A stretch of DNA of 48,967 nucleotides from Bigelowiella natans CCMP2755 (Eukaryota; Protista; Cercozoa), in assembly GCA_000320545.1 (NCBI GenBank), contig ADNK01000289.1, positions 1-48,967 of the forward strand. Direction: 5' to 3'. The notes beneath the pieces are model-generated. The model saw only the letters and a program-made list of their open reading frames with translations, searched no databases and was not told the origin of the DNA. Positions 33,155 through 46,735 of the stretch are shown here, in pieces; positions within the stretch are counted from its first letter, which is position 1; each line of letters starts with the position of its first letter. The position numbers and the translations under genes were made by a program.

Positions 33155-35427
33155 CGTAGGAGAGATACCGCTCTCAGTCAAGAGGAGTCTTCTAGGAGCA
33201 ATGAGCATCTCAATGCAAAGGCACGGCTCTACGAGAAGATGAAGCGCGGAGAGCTGAACCATGCGGTTGGAACATAAAATAAGCAGAAAATGATTCAATA
33301 GACAACATGTACGATCATGGGATGTTGTACAACGTGCTTCACACTGCTGGGATGCATGTGTATCTCTCTAAGCTGCTCACACCTTCTTACGTCAAAATTG
33401 AAATTAATAGTGTGAATGTGTATCACGGTTGTGATTACTAAGAAATGCTGACTCGGTTACCTTCAGAACTCCCTTGTGGATTTCGAGGAGAAAGGATTTC
33501 AGCAGGTCTTGTTTAAAGGCTGAGAAGTAGCCAACCACCATTAAAAAGGAAAAATGGTTCTCTGTCATCATTGCGGCTGGACATGACACCCTTTTGTTTG
33601 TTTAATCCATATGCTCTGGTATGTGTCTGGCGGTGCAGGCTGAACTAAGGAGTTCAACCATGGAGGACGAGATGGAGAGGCGGCAGTGGGAGCGCGAGGC
33701 GCTAAGAGAGATTCGAAGCGGGGTCGCACTGTCCAAACTCAGGAAGGACCGCCCTTCCAATGGTTGTAGTAATTTAGTTTTGTACCGTTTGTTTTGCTTC
33801 TTGTTTCTCTGTGTCGTCGTGTTTTTCCTTCGTCTCCTCCCTCCCTCCTATCCCCCCCTCTCTCCCCTCCTCCCCTACACCAACGCCGATTCAATCGACT
33901 CAGTGCATTTTACTTCTGATCATTGTTCCCTTCTCGCTGTGCTCGGTATAGGAGTGAAACAGCGGTACGACAATACACTTAGCATGGAAGAGAAAGCGGT
34001 CCTCTCACAGGTAAGCTCGCACCCGGTTTCCATCCCCTTTTCTCCTGCCCCCTCTTGCTTTGTCTCTGTTGGTTGCTTGAACGTTGATCGAGAGTTAGGA
34101 TTCATTATTTGCTCTATTTAACTCTGCTATTTTGACTACAGGTCAGCGCAGAGACTGTCCGAGCAAGATCAAAGGTAGCTTGCATTGAGTCATGATGAAT
34201 GTGCTTCCTTAGTCTAAAGGATTGTGGATAAAGCGTAAGTTCGTCATGCTTTGTTTGTCGTGTCGATGATTGCTATCATTTCCATTGCATTCTACGCTGT
34301 CAAAAGCGGCGTCGTCAAGGGGGTGGATGCTGTTGCCGATGGAGAGAGAGACCGCTTCTTCATCAGTGTAAAAATGAAATGGTGTACTAACGTGACCACC
34401 AGGTTGAAAGCATCGTAGATAAGCGCAAAGCCAGTCTCCTTGCTCGGAAGCAAAAGCTGCTAGCCGCCCGCAATCGGAAGAAAAAGTCGGCTGCAAGTCT
34501 GTTTGCCAGTAAACGCCAGCAGACCTCCACAATTAATCCCACTTCTGCTGCTTCTGCTACTACCACCGCAAACACAGCTGCTACCATGATGGAGGGAGGG
34601 GTTGCCAAAACTTCGTCGTCGAGCCAACTAGCATCAAACACTGCAGCGGCGCCTCAGCAGATTGCATCATCTTCCTCGTCGTCGTCATCATCATCAGCAT
34701 CTGTCCGGAAAGGGCGAGATGGCGTTGTGCTGACCGCATACGAATACCGCCCACCCTCCTCTGAGATATCGTCGCTACCGGAATCAAGGCCGAATCCCCA
34801 CCGTCAGTACGCGGCGATCGCGCCGCCGTCTTCGCTCATGGCCACTATTCAGCGGGCCAAAGATAAAGCAGCGCGACCGAAGAGACGAGCAACACGATTT
34901 GGCAGCGATTCTACAGCTGCAACCAATAGTTGTAGCAGCAGCAGTAGTAGCAGTATTAACAAATGGCATGCCTCTCAGCAGCGGGCTAGCGATTTCTTGG
35001 CCTCGGTTCTTGGTGGGGCCGGACGCGGTGCTCGTTATGTAGCACCGCCTTCTGCTTACAATGCAGCAGGGGCCTATCCACCAGTGCCACTGCCTAACAT
35101 GATGCCGCCCCCGCCCTACCATGGATTCGGATTTCCTCCTCCTCCACTCCATGGAGTGACGCCTACATCATCATACCCCCAGACAGGGCAGCAGCCGCAA
35201 CATCAGTCGCCGATGTGAGTAAGAGACCTTGTGCACGCCATATGCGTACACACGCACACGCACACGCACACACACACACAGAATGTTCTTGACACCATGT
35301 TCCTGACGTACAAATATGGATATGATGTATGTGATACCTCAGGTATCCACCGCCGCCGACTTACCTTCATTCGATGCCTCCGCCTCAGGCGAACATGAGT
35401 GGATACCCAATGATGCCCGTAATATGA
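32109..35427 (+). CDS. CCDC174-like coiled-coil protein with Pro-rich C-terminus, multi-exon
   Basis: Exons GWLTESAMPRKRESRSIELVDGNSSAVQLKA, KNAGVDER, LNAKARLYEKMKRG, LVDFEEK and ERRQWEREA resemble my recollection of the CCDC174 family. Confidence 0.75.
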
Positions 35428-36014
35428 GGCGCGATACCTTTGCCAGCACTCTTGACTGATTAAAGCAACTACATAAAACATCTTGTTTTGCAACTTCTTT
35501 CTTCCTGATTTATATTCGTTTTTGCTGTCTATCTGATGGGTTGATGACACTGATAAAAATTGATCTTTACTGCGCTATAATTTCAGGTTCCTCCGCATAA
35601 TCAAAACCCTCTCCCTTCTCCTTCTCATCCTCCTCATCCTCCTCCTCCTCCCGGAAAGAGCTAACATGAGTTCGTAGTACATGCCGATGTGGCCGGTACA
35701 TGACATGGATCGGGTGCGCTGCACCATGAAATTTGAGATTCATTTGTTGTGCATGCAATGTCGTTTTTGAACTATGCGTAATGTGTAATTCCATCAACTC
35801 GCGGCGTTCTTCCGAAGTGACAGACTGCGCAGTCTAACCGGAAACATGCATTCGAGACTTCTAGAATTTTTGTTGGCACATGTACATGCTTCGATCAAGC
35901 AGTAAGGATGCACTTGCATTGTTGCGTAGCGTTTGCGTGCATCAGCATGCCATCACAGTGTCCCATGCTAGCTAGCATGCTCACTCAGTACGAAAGCAAT
36001 TGCATTAGCATGTA

Positions 36015-36541
36015 GATCATGCAGTGAGGCTCATCATCTCGTGCGCTGCATGTGTGTGTGGCTGCGCACACACATGCACACGCTCTCATTGCGTGTGTGT
36101 GTTGTGCAAGCTAGCAAGGCTAGAACGAAGGCCTGGCACACTTTGCTGCGCTGTTGAATGGTCCTTTTCGCAGTGGCGACATCGCCTGCGCACGCGCGGC
36201 ACAGTCATTATTCAAGTGACTGTGCAATTTCCAGGTGAATCCACGTGTGACATGCAAACGTAGGACATCATCACAATTCAAGCAAATGTGCAATTTGCAG
36301 CTTGCCGCGCAGCGCACAAAGGGTCATGAGTCTCAGACAGCAGAAGCTGACTGAGGAAAAGAAAAGCATGCCAGTCTTTGAAGGATCGTCTCCGCAGCAA
36401 GAACTTCCTCAAAGCTGCATCTGCACGATGATCTGCACTCGGATCCGAGGGGGCACCCAACGCAAACTTTGGTTTTCGTGTCTCTTCTGGCGATCCAGAT
36501 CTGTTGAAGCATTTTGCATGTTGTTGCGACGTCCGTTTTTT
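36015..36541. other. TpA-depleted island, possibly a decayed gene
   Basis: Hand count of 4 TA in 527 nt, none in 36263-36541. Confidence 0.8.
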
Positions 36542-36676
36542 TAATGTCGCAGCAATAAAATCAAAGCCAAAACTTCGGAGAAAACCGGCACAGAATCGGA
36601 GGAGAAGGAATTCCATTCCAGATATTATTAGTATTCCCCCCGCCCCCCCTTCGACCCCTGGATACGCGACCTCGAA

Positions 36677-38478
36677 ATGGAGAAACAGCAGCAGCACACT
36701 CAGGTTTCTGCTTTACATTCTCTCATCGAAAATTTTGCCAATTTAAATGTGGGTTGAACCACACTTCTACTTTATTCTGCGTGTGCCAGGAGCATAAAGA
36801 CCTGGATGAGGACAATGTAATTTCTATCTGTTATCGTTTATTTACTGTTTTAAACCTAATCCACCTTTTATTTTCAAGTTGATGTTTGGTACGGTTCCGT
36901 GTGCGTTCCGAATCGTTGCGGGTGATACGTACAGGTAGGTGCTAAAAGTTGTGCATGTGCATGAGGAATGAATAAAACTCTGAACCCTGTTAATTTTCTA
37001 CAGCTATGAAGCAGAGAAGTGCAAGGATGTAGAAAATACGGAGGAAGAGCGGGAGGTACTATGAAAATTTAGATTTGGGCCAAACTTGAACCATGAGAAA
37101 GCAATTTAGTTCAGCGATGCAACATATCCAACCATATGATACCTCGACCCTTGTTTTTGTTATCAGATTGCTATTCGAAAGTACAAACCACTGACAGAGG
37201 AGGTAAAGTGGTGGGATAGGGACAAAATATTGTGGGAGGCGTAGGTTTTATGGTAGCTTGCAATATGCGCCTAGGTAGATGTTGTGTCGCCAAATTGTGG
37301 AGCACGAAGACAGCTTGCTGGTATCTGAAGTTCTAAGTGTACTTTATTCTTGTCAGGAATATGGTGAAGGATACGGGGGCCTTCAAACTCCAGCAATGCC
37401 GACTACTAGATTGGAAGTTGAAAAAGTTAGTGCAAAATTCGTTGATATGTTGGCGCATACTGAAAGATTTCTGGTGTTCCTTTGTAGCGATCGAGCTGTG
37501 AACTTTGTATCATTCTCATTCTCTTCCTCTCCATATCTGTTTTTCTCGATTATTTTCCTCCTTCACCTTATGCTTCAAAATATCAGTCTTCTACTGGGGT
37601 CTCCTCATGGCCGAAACTCCTCCAAAAGTCAATTCAGCAGACATAATCCATCACGCACCGATATTCATATACAAACTTTTTTTATTTTTGTTTGATATTA
37701 TATGTATAGAAACGTGTATGCGTGTGCGTGCTTGCGTGTTTGCGTGTGCGTGTGCATGTGCGTGTGCGTGTGTGTGTTTGCGTACATTCACATGACATAT
37801 TTTTTGTACAAATTTGCAAATTAACGTGATGTTCAACGTAAACTAGGCCCTTGCTGAAGGTGCCACTAACAAGCAAGCACGATCTGAAGGGCTTTGCATG
37901 TGGAGTGCGCTCAGCTATTGTCAAGATCGACGGAGAATGGTTTCGATTGAAGGGCTGTGGAAACAACGATATCGGGTACTTTTATTTTTCAAGCATGTAG
38001 TACCTCGGCCAGTTCCTCCCCTTTCTCCCTCCCCCGCTCCTTCAGCTATCATTACGTTCTCTTCATTGTCTATCTTCGTCGTCTTTTTCCTCTTTTTCTT
38101 TTTCTTCTTCTTCTTCTTCAAGTACTACTTCTTTCGCTTCTTCAGCATTATCGCATCATCACGCAGCTTCATTCTCTGATCTTCCTCGCATTCTTGTCAG
38201 CTTCCCCATTCGAGTGAACAAGTTTAACAAGGAGATCCGCGGGTGCATGTTTCCGGATACAGCTGCCCGCGAGTTGCATATGTCCAACACTGTCGCCAAG
38301 ATTCTGAAGCCAGTCGGATTTCTTGGAGCCAATGAGCCTCTAGGATGGTAAGTAATGACCACCCTCGCTATTAAAGAGGAAGAGAATAATAGAGGGGGAG
38401 GACGAGGAGGGGGTGAGGAGGCATAATATCTTTGAATGTGGAATATCCATTTTGTTTTTGGTTCGTTTTCAAATTGGG

Positions 38479-38525
<47 letters not shown>

Positions 38526-38985
38526 CTCTTTTATGCCTATCCTCCTGCACGATCGATATATTATATATCGGGTACATTATTCCTACATTGCCGTTGCTGC
38601 TACTTCCCAGGTATGCGTACGAGGCTTTCCCACAGACGCTTTATCTTGAGAAGAAAGGTAGAAGTGAACCACAGCTTAAAAGAAAAAGACCGATCTATGG
38701 GTGTTTGCCCAGTATTTATACCTTGAAAGAATGGCGCACAATCATGGATAAACCGCTACTTCGAAACCTCGCATTTTTGCTCCGATTTTGTTTTACCACA
38801 TCTCCTCATCTTGCATGTACAATGAATGCAAAGGAGACCCGCCAAAATGGACCGAATGCAAAGGTGAAAAGTATTTGCTCCCTAAGGTAGAAGGCTCTTT
38901 GCCAAAAAGAGCTGTATACAGACAGGAAATGAAGACCGTCATCTCACCAGAGCAAATCTACATTTTTCACCATTGAGTATTCAGA

Positions 38986-39024
<39 letters not shown>

Positions 39025-40624
39025 AGGTTCGTTGTGGGTTTTGAAAGGGTTCATCAGAACGATAGTGCTCTAATACGAAGATGCGGTGTTGTTATTTGAC
39101 TTTGCATATTTGTCATTCTCAAGGTGGTACGGTGTTGCGGATTATTCAAAATTAATGGCGACAGGCGCTTAGATTGCCATGTACTGAACGGGCTCGAGCT
39201 GCTGCTGCCAAGGGTAACATACTGCTGCTGCTGCTGCTGCTGCTGCTCATGAGTATTAATCCGTTCCTGTTTTACGTAAGATAACCTGACTATTAGACCT
39301 GCTTAATGACTGACACTACACTATTCGGCCATCATCCTAGATTTGCGATGGGATGGATATGAAGGAGGTTTTGGCTGCGTTTCCCACGGACAGAATGGGT
39401 TTGAAGGAGAGTGCACCGCAACCGACCGGCGACCTCATTTCCTATTCCTTCGAGATCACTTGGCATATGAGCATGTTCGATAAATTTCCCAAAGCAGGCC
39501 AAGGTATGCAGGCTACCACCGCCATCACCATCACCACACGGCGGTGGCGACGATGACGACGACGAAGAGAATAGAAGTCACTTGGGCCTCTCCACCACAG
39601 AATGGAAACGAATGATGCACGACGATGATGATGATGATGATGATGATGACGATGATGACGATGATAGTTGTTGTTGACATAAAGTAGATAAATGTACATC
39701 AAAAGGGCAACAATGATGCTGACAACCATGCTGAGAAATGTTTATGACAATTGAAAAATAGGCGATTCGAGCCCGCTGAATGCTCTGGCGGGGGCATCTA
39801 AGCTGCGAGAATTGCTGAAAGAACGTGCCCCTTCCTTCCCGTCAAAATCGATTCTTCCGAGCGGCAAAGGAGACGAGGAGCTGTGGATCGCATACGATAA
39901 GTGCACACCAAAGAACGTGGAGTTAATGCACACCAAGAATCCCATCGGAGCTTCAGATGATGCGTATCCCAAAACCCCTGATCCAGCCTGGGCTAAGCTG
40001 TGGACGAAGTGCCAGAAGGTTCTCGAGGAGCACTACTCGAAAGCACCAAATGCAACCACAGCAGCAGCCCTGCTCCCATACATCTACTACAGGTTCGGAT
40101 ATGAGTGCGGCACAATCCAGAGAGCTATGACCGACAACGGTGTGAGCTGGGGCACTTACGAGGATCCACTCGGATATCACTGCAACGCACACGCGAACAA
40201 CCTGGTGTTGCTCGCCGAAGATGCAAAGAACCACAATGGCACCTTCCTCGCCCCGTTGGACCTCGACATGTCGTTCACGCAGGATAACTTCATCTTCTCG
40301 CATTATGTCATGGATGGGAAGAAAATCAAGAAGGCCGCCAAGAAGGACGATGGCAAGTGGAGCACATATCTGAAACAGGAGGTGACGGGATTCCTCAAGA
40401 CTCTCTCGGGGGACATGGGAGGCAGTACCGGTGTCACTAACGTGTCGCCTCTTCCTAAAAATATGCTGCCTCTCAAAATTGCGCTCAGAGATGTTATGGC
40501 AAAGGCCTTTTGGACTGCTTATAGCAAAGAAAAACCCGAAATTGAAGTTGATCCAAAATTGAGAGCCCCGGCTTATGCCCTGTTGAAAATGGCTCTCATC
40601 ATGACTAGCAAGTGTATCGCATGA
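36677..40624 (+). CDS. Uncharacterised multi-exon protein with a divergent SelO-like / atypical kinase fold
   Basis: Spliced exons 37847-37975 and 38201-38347 read GVRSAIVKIDGEWFRLKGCGNNDIGFPIR...EIRGCMFPDTAARELHMS. Last exon contains GVSWGTY...HCNAHANNLVLL...APLDLDMS. Confidence 0.7.
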
Positions 40625-41223
40625 TGGGGGTATTTTCTTCTTCAGTTGGAAAGACTGATAGGGTGGTTTGTTGAAGATGGAGCCACAGTGGTCTATCTCT
40701 ATCGAAATTAGTCTTTAGAATTGAGTTCCTCAAATTTCTACTATGACGGTAGCAGTGCTATGTGCTACACATGCTGCATACCTTGGTGTATAAACGCCTT
40801 CGAACATTTTCAAATATGAGCAACCATGAGAATACAGAGGAATGGGCTTAAGTTAAATACGGAGCTTATGCCTATGTAACACAGTCACGCACGCACGCGC
40901 TCACGCCGCCGTGGCGGCAGCCTAACGCATGTGCCTATATGTAGAATTGGACGTAGCGAACGCTCACGTGTAGATCGTTGATCGACTGGTTCATGCCGCT
41001 GTGCGCTTGCTACAGTTACATCTTGCGCACGCTGCGGGCCGCATCAATAATCTGGCTTTCAGTCATCATGCTAGCTCGTGATACGATAGAGTGAGATCAT
41101 TGCTTAGAAGACATCTGTACATGTTTACATCCATACATGCATCTACGGCAGCTCTCGTACGGAGAGGATAACGGGGCATAGCGTTTTAGCGACCTCATCA
41201 TGACCGCCGTCACAAACTAAGCA

Positions 41224-43957
41224 TTATCTGGAACGAATCAATTCCTTGACGGCCTTCAAATCGTCAAACCAGCGTTGCCAGCGGCCCCTTTCATTCACAG
41301 GTGGCTCGTCCAATACATAGAAGAGTTGCCCATTCTTATCGTCTTCGAATGTGTCGGGAAGATCCTGTGTTATTGCAAGGTATTGATACGTGTGTCTAGC
41401 ATCCCCTCTCCCTCCCTCCTTCTCCTGCACTCTCTTTGTTTGCGCGCTCACACGCTTTTGCCAAATATATCACGTATTTGCAAGTATGTAGCAGGTAGTG
41501 TAGTCCGGCTGACTTCTTCCGATTTGCCATATTTTTTCCGTAGTCGGTCCCACAGGTCCTCCTCCTTCCCGCCGGCAAAGAAATCTACAACTCGTTGGAC
41601 TGATTGAGATTGACAGTCTCTCAGTCGTGCAGCTACATGTCATTCGTGGTGTTCAGCAATCCAGCAGTTCAATGCTACCATTTCTAGGCATCATCGCTGC
41701 ATCAAACATTTTTCTCAAATTATCCCCATTTCTTCCCCTCGATGCGGTTTAGAATAGATTAGAAAATGACCATCAACTTTTGGGAGTTCGTGAGGTGCGA
41801 ATGTCTAATCGTCAATATTTTGATACGGCAGGAACAGCGACAGGAGGAGAAGGAAGAATGCCGATTAAGATCAGATTAAGGTGATGAGCAACTTCTTAAA
41901 AGAGTGGTAGTGCACAGTGGAGGAGTATATTCTTCTACTTCATGAAACGTGTTTGTTATTTCCTCTCTACCACACGTTAGACGATGAATCAACGAGAACA
42001 ACTGATATTACGCTTTTACATTGTAAAACAGGAGAATCTTTTTCTTCAAGACCAGCTTCGGGCTACGGATATGAGGAGGAATAGCACGTAAGCAAATAGA
42101 TTAACTGTCATTTACACTTTCTCTCTGTTTCGATGACGTGCTATTTTCCTTGCTTCTACACAACAACCAACCACAACGATTCGCCGTAAAACAAGGACGA
42201 CTACAACGACAACGTGCACGAGGCAACTACTCGGGCTCCTTGTCATCGACTTTTATTCGCTTCAATCTGAAACCGATTGCTAGCAGAAAGTCCTCTCCAC
42301 CAGCTGTCGTAACGGCACATACGAAACAAATGATGTGAGTGATCGGGGAGAGCAAGAAGCAGAAGAAGAGGGCTGGGGAGCATGATTCTTATGGAGATGA
42401 AAGGGGAAATAGCTATCATTACGGTAGCGAAGTAACTCCGACTGTACGTGCTTGTTCGCCTGGCGGATTCTGAAGGAAAACCACCGGTGATTTCCATATT
42501 CAGGACCGTTGACAATCGAAGAAATACTAGATGACAACTCAGTTTCATATGATAAAATAATCGTATTATTGCCGACATTTTTGCCGACGCCGTGGTGTCA
42601 CTAAGCATTCTGTTTTCGTTCATGGGTGATCCCTGTCGTTGTTGGCTCCCCGCCCCCTCCCCCCTTCTATTGGCCTGGTTACATTACCTCCTGTACATCT
42701 TTACACCAGGGTCATTCACTATGTTGGCGATGAGAGTTCTCAAGGTCATCAGCATCCTTGACAGCTTCACAAGTGAGAGACATACAAAATCAACAACAAC
42801 ATATAGGCCTCAAATAACGACGATTCATTGATTTCATCTTCTGCACTAGCGCAACGGAACAAATAGCAGGAAAGTCGGAGAGAGAGGAATGCCACAGCAA
42901 GCCGGACAGAACTATAGGTGTAAGCCTCCCTCCCCCCCCCCCTCTCTCTCTCTCTGCATTCGGTAGTGTAAGAAGACCTGATACTTATTGTTCGAATCTC
43001 GCATCAGTTGTAACGCCCTATTAGTATTAGAAAGGGAGGAGGAGGAGGAGGAGGAGGAGGAGGAGGAGGAGGAGGAGGCAGCAGTATGTTTCGGTGTGGG
43101 TTTCAACATGTAAGGCTCGAGCACGTACTCTGAGCTCGACATCTCCTGCGCCTTCTTTCTCCGCTCTGCCTCTTTCTACTCCAAGAATCGAACATCAGCA
43201 AAAGGAATTAGGGGTTTTGGACGACGACGCTATGAAAGAGATGACTGCTGTTATTTATGCATCAATTACTTTTAGCTTAATCTTTTGCTCCTCATATCGT
43301 TTCCGTTCCAATTCAAGTTCCCTCTTACGTTCCTGTCGATTATTATTTTGTGCGTAATAATGACTAATCCTACCAGCTTCTACCAATCGATGCATGCCAA
43401 GAACGCAGTGTCGCGGAGGAAAAAGTCTCACGCTGAATGCCTGTTCCCAATTTATTGAAAAATATGCAATCATTTTTTTAACATAATCAGCACATACTAA
43501 TTCCTTTTGCTTTTTCTCCTCTTCCGCCCGCCGTTCTTCTGCTTCTCGTAGGCTAGCCTGAGGAGCAACACAGGCAGCTAAATGGGCATATATAATCAAC
43601 ACACACGCACGCACGCACGCACATCCGCGTATTTGAATAAACATCGTGCATAGGTAAATTTGCTTGTACATATCGGTTGGACCAACAACCTCAGCGAGTT
43701 GTTTCGCTCTTAGGGCTGCTAATCGCATCTCTTCTTGCTGCTCCTGCTGACGCTTTCGTTTCAATAGTTCTTCCTGATGCTTCAATTCCTTTTCTTTGCG
43801 TTTCTGAAGGATTGGCTCGTATGCACCTTCCCAATCCGCTGCGAGTTTTTCTGCTGTTGGACGCAAGGCTTCTGCTCGGACGGCCAAGGCTTTCACCCTC
43901 TTGATCTAACGAGTCACATAATGGAGACAGATGTCCTTCTCAATCTCTGGCAAACTA

Positions 43958-44027
<70 letters not shown>

Positions 44028-44456
44028 GCTCTTCTCTCACTCTTCGCTTCGTAACGACTTGTACCATTCCTGGCCCGTAGATTTTCTTATCAGGATCCTT
44101 CTCTTCGGCCTTGGCGATGAAGCCTTGCATCTTACCTTCGATTTCAGCTATGTTCTCCATCTGAAAAGTTGACACGGCATGTTAGCCTCGAAGATTGTCC
44201 CTTATCGAATAATAAGGGTGATAGAAGAGAGATACCCAGCTTTTAATTTTCTTGACAGTCTGCTCTATGTCTTCTTCCTTTAATTCTGAGGAAGAATGGG
44301 TTCCAGGCTGCTGCTCCTCCCCCTGGAGCTCCTTAAGACCCTTCTCGACCTGCAAATTCAACGACTACCTCTCAGCAAAAGGAAGCAGCAAGCTTCCTGC
44401 TCGGCGAGGTTGGTCACCTCATCGACAAGGGCTGTGGTCTTTCGAAACTCAGTCAT
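41224..44456 (-). CDS. Coiled-coil protein with probable PUB-like C-terminal domain, multi-exon
   Basis: MTEFRKTTALVDE start, long E/K/Q/R coiled coil, then MLMTLRTLIANI...PE...FRIRQANKHVQSELL, ending YVLDEPPVNERGRWQRWFDDLK. Confidence 0.6.
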
Positions 44457-44685
44457 TGTCCCCGCAACGGCGGCGTTTCAGAGTGCTCGTTCTGTAGAAT
44501 TTCTCGCTGCTTCAGTCGCCTCGGTGGTGGGGTTGGGCCGCTGTGCGCTCACTCGTGCTTCTGGTTTGTGCAGACCGACCGACCGACAGACAGACAGACA
44601 GGCACGTCCAGGTAAGCACGCAAAGCCCAGTCAAAATCCTGCAAATAAGTACATTAAATTCGCGCTCTATTCTTATACATTGCAC

Positions 44686-46350
44686 ATGTCTTCTAACGGA
44701 GAACATCAGAGCAGTGAAGGGAGTAGAACGATGTTCGAAACCTGACAAGGTTGTAAATGATGACCGGCCTGCTGAACATTCCAGTTTCGGCGATACTTCC
44801 CTTTCGGGGAGAAAAATGGCCACGTCTGATCCTCTTTTTGGAAAATAAATACTTTTTGTTTGGAGAAAATTGTCTGGACTCGCAACATGCGACAAGCCTT
44901 TTTCTCAAAGATATTATTCATAGAAACGACGGAGGTTCATAGCAAGCGACCACCTTTTTTTCTAAATATTTTTAGAGCCGTTGCTGCAGTAACAGAAGGG
45001 ACGGAACGGGGTCCCCATAGTAGCTGTCCGGGCTCATTCACACCGCAACACGCAAAGGGCGTTTGGGTGAGGGCGATCCATGACTACATTTCGAAGAGGT
45101 GAATTCGAACCTAACAAAGGCAGTCACATATCCGAACAGAGAATGTAAACATCATAAACGTGGCGCATAAACTGATCAGGGCCGGATGAAACCGGGAATT
45201 ATCATTACGACAACAAAAGGGACTACCAGGAACGGGAAACCAGTTCCTCCGTCGAAATTGGATTTCAGCAGAGAACTCGCCCGATCAAGTATCCTTTGTT
45301 TCGTTGAATCTACGATCTGTTCCACTAAAACCACAGCATGTGTGAAGTACTCTGGATGCACTCTCACCCCCTTAATCTTTTTTCTATCTAGATGCGCAGG
45401 GCATACTTTCGAGTGTGCTGACTTTGTCTCACGGGAATCTCTAGAAAAGTACTGAATTTCGATAAGATAAAATGACATCCTACTAACCTTCACCCATCAT
45501 AGGATCAATCGAAAGGCAGAGGAACTTATGGGGATGTTGAGATCACAAGTTCGTATCCATATTGAGCGCAGGGGGGTGGCGGAGGGGAGCTTTTATCGAC
45601 ATTTCCATTTTTAGAGATTCTACTTAAAAGTACTATCATTTTATGTAAGGCAAACATGACGAAGACCTTGCTCCGAGAACGTGATTTGTTGACATTAAGG
45701 GTGAAGACATTACAAAAGAAGGTGGTTGTTAGTTGAAAGTGTTTATTACCTGCATATTTAATACTTTATTTCAACAGAATAAGAATTTAGAATCCCTGGT
45801 TACTTCAAAGTCAGAGCAGATAAATGCAGCGGATTTACGTCATCAAGAATTCTTAAAAGAATCGTCTCGAAAGGAAGAAGAGTATCAGAAGAAACATGCA
45901 TACCACGAAAGGTAAGCCTGCATATGAGTGAGATGTCGTAATCCATAATCATATTCTCAATAGGAGATGGACTCAGGCATTGAGTCAAATGCAGGAAACG
46001 TATAAATCCAGACAAATAGTCGCTGAAAAGATGATAGAAGTAAGCTGAACCATTACTTTTTGCCAGCTTTGATCATCTGAAAATGGAGAGCTCTTCACAT
46101 TCAGAGCGATGCTATTGTCATGATTATGCTTTATTGTCTTGTTGTGTGACTACGTATATTAGACTAAAGAACTTGAAATTAAAAGTTTACGATCCCGGCT
46201 TGAAAAATTCAGAGAAGCCTCTCGAATCTCATTATCCAAAAACTATGTCCGTAACCAGCAGGCCAGATCATTTTCGAATAAATAGTCTATGAGGAAAACT
46301 TGATCATAGTCTCGTATTGCATTAGATGAAACGCTATGACACTAACCTTT
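44686..46350 (+). CDS. Hypothetical multi-exon coiled-coil protein
   Basis: Short GT-AG-bounded exons include INRKAEELMGMLRSQ, LLRERDLLTLRVKTLQKK and NKNLESLVTSKSEQINAADLRHQEF. Ends are approximate. Confidence 0.45.
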
Positions 46351-46552
46351 CTTCAACCACGCATATCCAATGAAATAAGACACACTAATTAGAAAAGCTA
46401 TATTTCGATCATATCGATGTCGCTCGCCTCCGACATGCTAGCATGGCATGGCATGCATACTAGTATGCGCAGCTACGACTTTCTGCCCACTGCATGCAGC
46501 AGAGCTTGTCGCTATGAAAAGACACAATGTGCAAGCTAGGTGTAAACTATGC

Positions 46553-46735
46553 ATATATAGCCCTACAGGCTATAGAGCGTACCGAGTCAAAAGCACACAT
46601 GTTCCCTGAGACCAGAGAGCCCTAATAGGCTCTCAGAGACATATGTGGTTATAGAGCATATGCTGTAAAGAATATGTGTACTAAACTACATATGTTCGTA
46701 CGTGCGTACGCTATATAGCCCTGCAGGCTATAGAT
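46553..46735. mobile_element. Putative small non-autonomous element bounded by palindromic sites
   Basis: TATAGCC-CTACA-GGCTATA (46556-46574) and TATAGCC-CTGCA-GGCTATA (46714-46732) with inward inverted extensions AGCGTAC/GTACGCT. TA-rich block next to TA-poor DNA. Confidence 0.4.

Noticed and set aside
36370-36425. Cyclin-box-like fragment SFEEVLAAETILQRL
   Set aside because: Too short, and no other cyclin motifs are recognisable.
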